From Trichoplax adhaerens (lineage: Eukaryota > Animalia > Placozoa): a stretch of DNA of 64,000 nucleotides. Positions 1 through 11,712 of the stretch are shown here, in pieces (within the stretch, counting starts at the first letter, position 1; each line of letters opens with the position of its first letter). The notes beneath the pieces were generated by a model that was not told the origin of the DNA, did no database searches, and was given only the letters and a program-made list of their open reading frames with translations. The stretch spans positions 2,286,180 through 2,350,179 of the forward strand of contig NW_002060948.1 in NCBI RefSeq assembly GCF_000150275.1, written 5' to 3'. A program made the position numbers and the translations under genes.

Positions 1-1088
1 CGCGATTAGTGCATGTCCGATATTAACATACGACCCGAACCGGACGAGATTCTAGTGAATAATATTTGTTGACTGTTGTGAAATGGAAACATTTGATTAG
101 CATGAATGCATGATCTTCTTCATATAGTCAAAACTGCATAGTGATATGTATATAAACGATGCATACTATGCTGATTCCTACAATTTACGATTATGTAACC
201 TTGCGAATAACAAAATATATATATTTCATGTCCTGTTGAGTGTATCATACATAGCAGATCTACAAATGATGTGAAGATTGGTCTGAGACATAGTATTGTC
301 GACATATAGTATTCGTATGTATATATGTAATAATTAGTTAGAATACTTTGAATAATTGGCTCTATCTTAAAACGTTGATTCGGAGGAAGACGCAAACTCC
401 AAAGGATATTTTAAGAAACTTCAAAGCTAATTGGAAATGATAATTTAAGCTAACTTTTGCTAATCAGTATTGTAAATTCATAATCTGTTAATATCCGAAA
501 TATGAACAAACCATCAAAAATTTACTAATGGATTAACTCAATTATATACCGATTAGCAAGTGCTAAATTAATCTTTTATTTCTAGACCAAACAATGCTCA
601 TATAGCTTACAGTATTTAGATCTCTTTGGGTTTTAATCATATTGAAAGCATTGCAGTCTTTAGAATTCGTATTAAAATTTACAATTATTATCGACGATAG
701 CTTCATTGATGATTTAAAATCAATGAATGATGATTGTAATATATTATAAATATCGAAATGCACTAAATATATGAGACTATATAATATATACGAGCTTACG
801 CTGAAGTATGCGTATTCGTAGGTGTATGAAAGATACGTAAATTAACTTGATTCGAAGCTATTACACATTGAGTTTCTACACGTATAGTGTAAATAAAAAA
901 TTAATCAATACTCTGCAAGGTGGATTGAAACGAATAACTTGTTTATTTATTGTACATACATTTATTTATTTATTTATTTATAATTATATTTTTTGACTTT
1001 GTGACCTACTGTATTACCATAGAATGGCGTGATCAGTAATAGTACTAAACTGATATGGAAATAAGCACAATTGGTATATAAGATTATA

Positions 1089-3920
1089 ATGCAGGGTGTC
1101 GACAGACTTCAACTGTGGCCACAGGTAGAAGTAATGAATATGCAATCTTAGCGAATAGCTTGATTCTGAGAAATCAGCTTTTTATTTATTCTAGTGTACT
1201 GGTATAGATATTATATTATTTAATTTTATTACCGGAAGAGTATATCAATACCTTTATATAGTTTATTCTTATTTTAAGATTTAAAGTCTATTATAAAGTC
1301 TATTATGTTATTTGACCTGTGATTGCACTTTTTGAGCAGCGCTTAGTAGATTTCTTTATTCTAGAGTTTGATCCAATTTTCCGAGATGTTTGAGATAGAG
1401 GTAAGCAATGTTTAATTTATCTCTGTTAAGGTTTTATTCTCCATAATAAAGATTACTGATAGCGCTAGCTGTGTTAATTAGTCAGCCTATATACTTACCA
1501 ATTAGTGGAAAAATCATTTAATGAATCTTAATCCTAATATGCATTATCATATCTTGGTATTTTACGACGGTATGATGTTAGTCAATCAAACTGTATTGAT
1601 TATAAATAGGTTTCAGCCACAAATATCTTAAAAGCTGCCCGTTGTGGCCGTCGTGATGTTCTTGCAGACCTTGTTAATAAACGATTAGATATAGACTTTC
1701 CAGATAAGGTATGGATTAGGACTAACAATATATCTTTGCGGTTAGATTTGGCTGTGCTATTTAATTTACATAAATAGAATGATAAAATTATGTATTTCAT
1801 TCATGATCACAATTTTAATTCATTATGTTACCTTCTAGGTGATTGAGTAGTCGGTTACTCATTTACGATATCTCTCTTTGATATTCACTAGATTAAGCAT
1901 AAATTTTAATAGCAAGTAGTTTTCATTCAAATTTAGCAATTGATAGTAGCAATTGATGATAGCTGTAGAATAATTCGTTTACTTTCATTTGTAATAGAAA
2001 TAGATATACTTTATTTGATGCTAGCTTATGAAATCTGGCTTTATTCATTCCGCAGAGTGATTATAGTAAAAGTGCGCTACATAAAGCAGCAGAAGGTGGA
2101 GATATCGATGCTGTAAAGCTACTTATTAGTTATGGTGCCGATTTAAACTATCGAGATACATTGGTAAGAGAATGCTATAACCGTGGATGCTGTAAGCACG
2201 TGCTTGTAAATGAACTTATAGAGTTAACAAATGACTTCATGGCAGATAAAATAGGTTATCTTTACATATTTTATGTAGCTATACTTTTCAATTATTAGGA
2301 CTAGTATGGGGCGTTGTCCGCTTGAATTTTTTATATAGCTTCTATCAAACTATTATGCATACTTGTATGATCAAAGCCGACATAATTTTTCGTTCATTAC
2401 ACAGCACTTGTAACTAAGTAATGATTAGTGAAATAGTTGCCTTAATCCAGTAATAAATTTCAGCCTTTGCGGATCTGTTCAGTATCTTAGAGATTCTTGC
2501 ATAAGTTGTAATATTTAATTAGACAGGAATAACAGTTCTACTCTAAAACTTGATTCTCATCATTTAAAAATACGTAACTACAATTTCAAGTAAGAGAAGA
2601 GCAAATTAATTTTTGATATAATACTTGCAAATTTCTAAATTTAAGTTGTTATATACATTACATATTCACATAATACCTAGCGTATTTAGAATCCTGTTTC
2701 CAATTTCAGTTTCGTGCAACACCTTTACTTTTGGCTGCTTCATCAGGAAAACTTGATGTTTTAGAACTTTTAGTCAAGCGAGGTGGCGACGTCGATATCA
2801 AAGATGCAGTACGTATTACTTCCAATTTATAAAAAATATTGTGTAGATATTTTTTTTACTTTAAGTTCATGTCTGGATATAAGCGACTATTTGGTAAACG
2901 ATTTGCTATAAGGAATTTGTATGACCAATTAAATTATTAATGTATCTAGGATGACAGTAACTTATTATTATAGTTTGCATAAACTAATTTAACTACAAAA
3001 TTCTGCGCGAAAAGTGTATTTATAATACAGTCTGCTAGCCAACGTAGAAGTTTAAATTGTTATATTTGCAATTTAAACTTGCTTTGACTATTATATTACT
3101 GTTATTGATTCTATGTAGTGGCGTCGTTCTCCTTGGCACTGGGCTGCTGTAAACGGCCATACACACATTATTAATTGGCTATTCAAGTACTATAGTAATT
3201 TAAAAGTGAGCTTGATGAGATATCTACGACCAGCAGTAAACTCGCTATATATCGATAAAGTAGATATCAACTTTAATTTTATGATTACTAGAAACGCCAA
3301 AATATAAATGAGCAGAAGGTGATTGAATACATTGCAGATGAGATAAACTCGAGGGATTGGGTAAGAATTAATATGATATAACATGATTGTTTATTTTGGT
3401 AGTTAGTCTTTTCTGAGGTATTACAGCTAGTTAGAATATTCTGTCTTTACTGTAGAAAAAACGAACTTCACTACACCTTGCGGTACAAGGCGCCCACGAG
3501 GATGCTTCGAAAGTTTTACTCCAATATGGTGCAGAAGTCAATTGCTATGATTTGGTAAAATCGATAAGACTTCTATATAATATTTTGCATAACTTAGTGA
3601 TTTATATTGCAATGCAATTTAGTATTGTTGAAATCTAACATTTTAATGATTTAGGAACGTAACACTCCTTTGCATATTGCTGCTCGGAAAGGATATAATG
3701 AAATAGTTAAGCAATTACTTCAATACAAGGCTGACGAAACGCTAACCGATAGGGTAATTCATGCCACACTTTATAATTTTAATTATGACTTCAATATTGA
3801 CTAACAAGACTTTATTAGGCTGGAAAAACTGTTATGGAAATTGCTGAAGAGAGAAATGATATAGATATAATTAGAATATTGAATTTGGCCAGGACAACTG
3901 GATTGGCAGTCCCACAGTAA
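1089..3920 (+). CDS. Ankyrin-repeat protein (about 7 repeats, about 277 aa), 10 exons
   Basis: Phase-0 GT-AG exons 1089-1124, 1365-1400, 1610-1708, 2056-2163 (SALHKAAEGGDIDAVKLLISYGADLNYRD), 2710-2808 (TPLLLAASSGKLDVLELLVKRGGDVDIKD), 3119-3205, 3292-3360, 3456-3554 (TSLHLAVQGAHEDASKVLLQYGAEVN), 3655-3753 (TPLHIAARKGYNEIVKQLL), 3819-3920 (TAA). The first two exons are less certain; an alternative ATG lies at 1386. Confidence 0.85.
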
Positions 3921-5740
3921 AGTTTGGTAAGTAATAATCATCTTGATAGTTCTTATCAAAGTTTATTTATTGTGGTTATGATACTAATTGGCATGACTAA
4001 TCTTGGGTTTAACTTAGCAAATATAAATTTGCTTTAAATCGATAAATTAGCAACTTCTTATGATAATGTAAATTCTTACATTTATTTATACTAGATAGAG
4101 AATCAAACTACAGTTTATAAATGGTATTTAAACCGCTTAAAGTGATGAAAATATTGGGAAGATTGCTATGGATATTTCGATATTCTCAATTGAAAAGAAA
4201 CTATTTTAAGTTATAGCTATCGCCAATTTTACGATCGCTATCTACATAATTTTGCAACGTAGAATTTTATGCTGTTATTGGGATAAGATACAAATGTCTG
4301 CACTTGGTTGCTTATAGCAAGCATTCGTTATTATACCAAATATGATTATCTTCCATCTTTATTTTCGTAACATATAAAGTTAAATTAAAATTGTTGATAT
4401 ACTGCAAGGTATGCATCGGTATCTTTATTGGTAGAGATTGAGCTGATTGAGCTTAAGCAAAAATTAAGATTATAAAGGTGCTAGCGGCTAAAAATAAAAT
4501 CTGTCAGATTCTATTCAAAATAGACTGAAATACACGGATGTGGAAATTACATTGTATTTTTAATTATAATTAGTATTTGTTGGTGAATATTTTGTGGTTT
4601 CTAATTAGTTTGCGTTTAAGATTGTCATAAGGCAAATCCAAATTTCACTGTATATTTACATTGATAATTTAATTGCGATTAAAGCAAAACTATTTACAAA
4701 AATATAAGTGAACGTAGTCAATTTTTGCTTGCCAAGCAAGTACTAACACTTATTATTAACATGTTCCATTTTTTCGATTATTGCTAATAATTGCAATTAG
4801 TTTATGATTTTTAGCTCTATAATAAAAGCTGTATTGATATACAATTTATGATCAAGCTTAGAATCTTACTTAAACATAACCATCAAGAAAGAATTGCTCT
4901 CGTAAAGTAATCGGAATCTACGCAGTACAGTATACCAGGATGCAGTATTCTGGGCTTTCCTTGCTCCAAAGATTACTTACGACATGTTACTGTTAATCCC
5001 GAAGCCAAGTAAGCGTACATATACTCTTGTTTATTTCTTTACGTACTTACGCAGAGCGTTGAAAAATAATAATTTTAAAGACTTAACATAAAGGAAACAG
5101 TAAGTGTAAAACTAATTTAAAAGTTCATTATCGGGTCGGTTGTAGTTTATAGACTAACTTCGAAAACCCTCTTACACTTTAATTAAACGTACAATTATTT
5201 TCCGAAACTACATCAATGAATACAAGGTTATTGGCTCAATACATCTTAATGATATCTACGTCTAATCGGTGCCAATAGATTTTATATATCAACATCACAT
5301 TAATTCTTGATCTATAACATACCGAAATTGGCCTCAACCATAACAATTCGTAATTAAAGAATAATTTTATTTAATTAATTGATATCATTTTAACTATTTC
5401 GTATTGACGGTTTAACCTTAAAAACACATAAGCAATAATATTTTGATAGATAGTAAGTGAATTTGATAAGTGCTTGATAGAAATTTAAATGTCAACTTGA
5501 TTTAACATAAATAGTCACAACAGTAATTTGAAGACTTCGTTCTGGTAGGAATTGAAAGAGCTGATAATTAATAACGTCAGCATGCAATAGAAGGGAAATC
5601 TGTAGTATATTGTCAGTCTCAGAGATGATTCTTACATAATATAGAATTATTTTTTTCAATATTCTATGTACAGTGATACCTCCTTTATCAGTACGTATTC
5701 ACATCGTCGAAATAAAAAATACGTAAAGGTCAAAATAGTA

Positions 5741-8700
5741 TTAAATATGAGCTATGCTCTGGTGGTTAGTACTGGAGCATCCCGAACACGTCTGTAATGA
5801 TTCATGCATTAGCATGTCGCATGAATTGCAAAAGTAATTTTGACATCTATTACAGCGAAAGGCCTAAGATAAAAGAAATCTATGTTAATGTGAGTGCGAA
5901 CGTAAAATAGTAGACATGATTTAGTTATACCAAATCGGCGAGACTTTGCGTGCAGGCATGACAGTATCTAAAAGAAAGTTGATATCTTTGAGTTAAGTAT
6001 GCTCACTTATTGAATTTATATATATACGGTATATTTATATGTACGTTTACGAAATAAAGCATTACAAGGGTTTCTCTGCATCCTTCTTATCAAGAGCTAC
6101 TTCCTCAAAATCTTCCAATGGGAATAAATGTTGGTAGGATCTTGCTAAGTGTGGCGCTGAAACTAAGCTTAGTCCTAATAAATTGCAGATAATCGTTACT
6201 ATGTTATTTAGATTTATCGTGCAACTTACGCATATTCCTAGTTTTAGTTGTTATGTTCATTTTACCACATATCTGACATTCTATCGGTAATTCACAATAT
6301 TTTGCTTTACACTATAATAAATTTGATTGATTGATTAGTTTTGCCAATGCATAAAAAGATACTAAATTATCGAAATACAATCATTCATTAATATATTTTA
6401 CTTGAACTTACCTGCGGACAAAAATAGCCGGTAGTGCTGAAACTTTTAACAACTCTACTATCTAAATGGCTATAGCAAATTAAAAAATTGATAAAAAATT
6501 CTATTGGTGCAACCAGTGTTCGTACCTACTCGGAAAGATAGGTGCTCAAATCCATGAGCAATATGAAATTGGTCATAAACTTACCATTGGCACATTGACG
6601 GGTGACTGTTAGTTCTGTATTCTGGAAATCCTGTACGGAACAACGATGATAAAGGGTAAACTTAAAAACAATAATGCCTTTTCGTTCAAGGGTAACATTT
6701 TATTTTTATATTCAAAAGCATACACGAATGAAAGGATACATTACCCATTCGAATTAACGAAGAACCTAACTTTCCCTGTAAAAGATAATGTTTCATATTC
6801 AATCTAGACGCTCAAATACAATACTGTAACAAATACAACATATTTATTTACCGTTGCAACTGGAGGTATAACATAATGAGTAAGAAGCTCTTTATAATGA
6901 TGCTCGTCAAGTATAACTCGATAAGAGCCTACAACATAAAGTACCACAATAGTAATTGAAAATATTAATTTGTAGATATCATTGTATTATTTGCTCTCTA
7001 GCAATTGACTGTTTTTGGCTTAAAATATCCAGTTATTGACGAAGTGAATTGCATATTAAAAGCATATTAAAAATGGACGCGAAACCTAAAGTACCAAGGT
7101 ACTAAAATTTCATAGCTTTTATTTATAGGATCGGTCAGTTGGATACTTACCCCCTGTTTCAGAAGCCAATTTTTTCAATATATACATTTCTGCTGACAGT
7201 CCAATAGCTGAACATCTAATGTTATCTTCGACTAAGTTCTGTATTAAGTATAAATAAGGGGTATTTTCGAAATTTTGGACAAAGCTGAAAGTAAATATAT
7301 ACAAGTAGCTAACCTTAACTGTAGCATGGATATCACTAGGGTCGCAAGAGGTTAAGCTTGCATAAATAACTAAAATTTCACGACTCGCATGACTAGGTAC
7401 ATGCCTGTAGAAATGCAAATAAATTATTAACTCCAGGTATTAATTGTTATGAGCAGAGGTTAGAGGAAAAAGTTAATATATGCTAATTGGTAAGATGGAT
7501 ACATTGGTATAGATCAATAGAGTACAATAAGATTGATGAATTAATATTATTTTGAGTAAATAGTGCTATTATCACGAGTAAACTGAAAAAACCTAGTAAT
7601 TGATATACATACCTTAACGTTTGAGAAGCTAACTCAAGAGCATTCTGCAGCGAAGGCTCTCCAATGCATGGTTTACATGCAGCTTGTCGTAAAGCCGCAA
7701 TATGGCGTCTAGGATTTCCTAAGTTAGAAATGGAAAATATTAGCATAAAAGTTATTTATGATTATAAGTTACACCATATCAGATTTTGTATTTAATACGT
7801 ATATTTATGAAACAACGGACTTGCATGTATACTTCAGCACGACTACAGTACGCTGCATGGTAAATTGTAATTTATTGCTAATTTTAGTGGATAAAAATTT
7901 TAATTTACCTCCTATATCTGTCAATTTCTCAGCTCTTTTATTTCTTGTAATTATGACTCCTAGCTAAAAGTGATGATTTATATCATGAAAGTTACCAAGC
8001 GTACTAACATGGTCTATTTCTAGGTACCTAGCGTATCCTAATGGCAAACATTATTTTATTATCTGAAATAACCTGAGAAATCGGATTTTGATCGAAATAT
8101 TCCGTTATGAAATCATCTAGAAGCTATGAATTAGGATGTAGGTAATTTTGAGTTAATATTATAACTTTAGTATTACGCGCACGTGTCTGAGCTGATATCT
8201 ACATGATGAAACAGCAGTGGAAGTGGATGATTTGATTCACAAGCTATATAGTAGTAATCTTTACCTTCACTGTAGCTACTAGTCGATTAGGCTTTAAATC
8301 TATAATGGATATAGCTGATGACATATCAACAATGATATACATATGACGCATCTAGAAAGTAATAAGAATGTTCAGAATGTGCGACATCTAAAATGAAATG
8401 ATCGACTATATTTACAGCCCAAATTTGTTCATCGCCTATATATTATGTTAGTTCTTACCAAGCCGAGTCGTACATTAGCCTTTCTATCAGCCACTCTGTT
8501 AATGAAGATGTTAATATTATTATCATTGCAATACTATTTCATTTAATCGGTTCAAAACTAAACCAAGTTGTATAGACACCCTGCTTACCTTCGCTTACGA
8601 GCTCGTTGGAGTTCATCGACAGTGCTCTTAAGAGATCCTTGTTCATCTTCAACAAGAACTTCCCTAAAATCGTTATAACCCAGCAAAAGAATAATCAGTC

Positions 8701-9247
8701 ATAACAGTTACCATATATAGTCTAAGCCATTAATTTCAATGCTATCGTATTCGACACATTTGCTATTGGAAATCATGATGGACTCGATTACAGAAAGAGA
8801 CCAGTACATCACTGCGAGAGCATTATGCCCTTCAGGTAGTAATAATACTGTCAACAAACAGATGGACATGATTGGCAAATATAGAATAGAGCAATAATAG
8901 ACTACAGTTTAGTATAGAATAACGAATTTGATAAACCGATTGTTGTTTCCTTTTTCTGGATCTACGAATGCACGCTACCTATATTAATATTTGTGCATAC
9001 TGCAGTACGTCGGGGGAAATCGCAGCAGTAGTTGCACCAATGCTAAGATTTGACTCTCCATTGATGACAAGTAATACTGCACGTTTATAGAAATAGTCAA
9101 GGTAAAATGTATCATCGATGCTATCCTTTGAACAGTTACGTATGCCTATAATTTATTTATTACAAGTATTGCTATTGCCTACCAGGTACGCTCGAATGAA
9201 CTTTCCCATCGATAGCCAGATTCTACATCGTCGGCATCATCAGCCAT
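5741..9247 (-). CDS. GTF2H2: General transcription factor IIH subunit 2 (p44/Ssl1)
   Basis: First exon MADDADDVESGYRWESSFERTW (ATG at 9247). vWA-domain motifs EYFDQNPISQLG, GEPSLQNALELA, PSHASREILVIYASLTSCDP, IRCSAIGLSAE. Zn finger [22 protein letters not shown] and LVSAPHLARSYQHLFPL. C-terminal RING-like FRCNRCQNYFCNSCDMLMHESLQTCSGC, stop at 5741-5743. Confidence 0.97.
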
Positions 9248-9921
9248 TTTGCAAGGTCTTGCTTACTACTGTACAGTACTGTACCGTAGAGTTCAGAAAA
9301 AAAACACTATGGTACAGTACAGACTAGAAGGAAAGCGATTTTCTTGGAGTGGTCCGTCCGACTGTACTCTCCTTTTTGAACTCTATGCAGTTTGAAAGGG
9401 ATTTGTCTCGGGGATATCGAGTGTGTTGTCTCCTATGCTAGAGCTAAATGATAGTGAACGATTAGGAGACAAGCTGGCGCATTTTTTTGCTCTAAACGCA
9501 TCAAGGACTACAGTACTAGAAGAAGACTACTTGTCGTCCTCGTATACAGTAGTAGACCAGTCCAGTTTTGCAGGTAAACGCACTGGACGTCGTACACCGA
9601 AAAACACGCGCTGAAAAACTCCAAACGGACATGATATTAATTTCCCGGAATGGGCCAATTGACCGCATTCAATTGATTTTACGCTGTACAGGATTGTATG
9701 CTGTAAAATAGTCAATCCACCCTCGTAATATCAAAACTTGACTGCATTCCATTCATTTTACGGTGTATAGGATTGAACGCTATAAAGTATTCAATTCATC
9801 CTCGTCATATTAAATCGAGATATCATCTACTGGACATTGTACAGCGGTCCACGTCAAATTGTCCCAGACCCTATTTTATTTATTCTTTTACAGTACTGTA
9901 TACTATTGTACTAGGGAGTTC

Positions 9922-10170
9922 GAAGACTATGACTAGTAGTCCTTCAAGTCCCTGACTGTACTGGCCACTTTTCCATTTCGAAGGTGGCAGTCCTGGGCTT
10001 TGATTATGGAAATTTGGAAGACTATGACTATTACTATTAGTCTTCAAAGTCCCTGGGTTTTGATCATGGACATTTGGAAGACTATGACTATTATTATTAG
10101 TCTTCAAAGTCCCTGATTGCACTGGTAACTTTTCCATTTCGAGGGTGGCCGTCTGGGCTTTAACCACCAT
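9922..10170. repeat. Composite tandem repeat with three GAAGACTA...TAGTC(C)TTC hairpin modules
   Basis: Module A at 9922, 10017 and 10077. Module B (ACTGG..TTTTCCATTTCGARGGTGGC) at about 9955-10000 and 10116-10161. Near-identical 60-bp period between 9992 and 10115. Confidence 0.9.
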
Positions 10171-10218
10171 GCAAATCGCCAAGTAGCAATGCGGTACAGT
10201 ACAGTACTGTATTTAGTC

Positions 10219-10295
10219 TGCACAAAAGTGATGTCACTCTTAGCTCGAATAGACTACATTACTAGCTGCACTAAAAGGTGACATCATTTTGTACA
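10219..10295. repeat. Imperfect inverted repeat (about 25-bp arms, about 27-nt spacer)
   Basis: TGCACAAAAGTGATGTCACTCTTAG (10219-10243) pairs with CTAAAAGGTGACATCATTTTGTACA (10271-10295). Confidence 0.8.
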
Positions 10296-10497
10296 GTACC
10301 AACCGTACCGTACACGTACTGTAAAGTGCACGGTCCATTGAACCACGACGCAACCCTCAAGGATGACAACGACACCAGTCGAAATGTATAGTAGAGATTC
10401 TGATACATGCCTTCATGACCTATACTAAACGCTTCAAATTAAAAATGGTCGTATTTAAGGGTGCACCGGTGGGCCAGTGGCACCCGCATTTTGGATG

Positions 10498-10567
10498 GAT
10501 TACGCCCAGGGTAGGTCGGGGATTACGCCAGGGTATTAGGTAAGGCGTCGGTGATTAGGCCAGGGTA
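10498..10567 (+). repeat. Three copies of GATTA(C/G)GCC(C)AGGGTA
   Basis: Copies at 10498, 10521 and 10553, G-rich, just upstream of the putative AP2M1 first exon. Confidence 0.8.
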
Positions 10568-11169
10568 TAGGCAAAGACTAGTTGATTAAGACTGGAGACT
10601 ACTGTCATTGTACCGTTGGTTAACCGTAGGGTGGTGGCGGCCATTAAGGTTTCTCGAAGTCTAGCAAGGAAAGCGCTTTAAGGTATGTTGTAGTCGACTA
10701 ACATTGTAATTTAAAGCGTTGATCTTATTAGTATGTTACTTATGCTTTCAAGAGTAGATTTTCTGCCCTGATAGGCTACCGTAACATGCATTTTTTTCAA
10801 CATAATCTTCGATCGACTTGTTGCCGTCATTGAGTTGAGTTAACCGCATGTCTATCACCGTCAGCTAGTCGTAGCGCTACTGGGTGGTGGCAAAGCAGCG
10901 TAGTGGCCGAGACTAAAAGCCAATTTATTTGCCAATTTATTCTTGACTACAATAATATTGCGCTCAGTCTTGCTTAGACAATGTAATGTAGAAAGAAATC
11001 AACAAATTGGCTGTGATTGAGACTGCAAGGGCATTTCTACGGTGTCTTTTCACCATTTTTCACTGTAGAAAGCAATTCGACTCATTGCAACCGCGATAGT
11101 AACTTAGTAACTAGACTGCTGTAAAAAGGAGGAGTACAGGAGTAGTAATGGCGCTTGTATTTTCTCGAC

Positions 11170-11370
11170 ATACTGCAGCGCTACATCATTTTTGTACAGT
11201 TATACTATAAAGAAAAACGAAATAGGGCACACGAGTAGGCAATCATTCGATATAGAGTTATAATGGATTGGATGATTTTTAACCCGTGTTACATCATGAA
11301 GTTGAAGGATCACTATGGAAAATGATGCAAAGAAAGTTCTAGCATCATGTCCAAATTGTCAAAAAAGTGA
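11170..11370 (+). mobile_element. Degenerate integrase H2C2 zinc-binding relic (Gypsy/Ginger-like) in the AP2M1 5'UTR intron
   Basis: Frameshifted fragments QRYIIFVQLYYK, LHHEVEGS and TMENDAKKVLASCPNCQK resemble the LYY...H...GH...M..DV...V..C..CQ pattern. Stops and frameshifts are present and no DDE core was seen. Confidence 0.4.
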
Positions 11371-11712
11371 TCAGGACGATAGATCGCAGCTCGTGATGAT
11401 AGACTTTTGCCCCCTAAATAAATACATATATATATATATATACCGTACTAAACTATTTCCATCTAGCCTACTGCATGTTAGCATCCTACTCCTTCATGGG
11501 GTGCTTTCAATTCTTCTGTTGAAAGGGTGACATGATAAAGCCCTGATGAATTATAAATGATCGTAGTAAAGCATGCTACAAGCTACGTCCTAAATTTCAC
11601 GGAATCGTCAATACTAGCTTGAATTGACGTACTTCATGTAGTTATTCGCACCCTTGCAAGTGGAGTAAAATGCCTACTGATACTAACAAGAATTTAATTG
11701 ACTACTTTCAGA

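Larger units (their letters stand above)
9248..10682. promoter_or_regulatory. Divergent promoter region of GTF2H2 and AP2M1
   Basis: Head-to-head genes. Locally raised GC/CpG content. Probable non-coding AP2M1 first exon ends at the donor AG|GTATGT (10682/10683) and splices to an acceptor at 11711, just before the ATG at 11713. Confidence 0.7.

Noticed and set aside
9880-10182. 100-aa minus-strand ORF with an internal 20-aa repeat
   Set aside because: Non-ATG start, and the 60-bp tandem period explains why it stays open; no splice or homology support.
11520-11580. Hammerhead ribozyme-like CTGATGA between short stems
   Set aside because: No GAAA after stem II and no NUH cleavage triplet in the right position.
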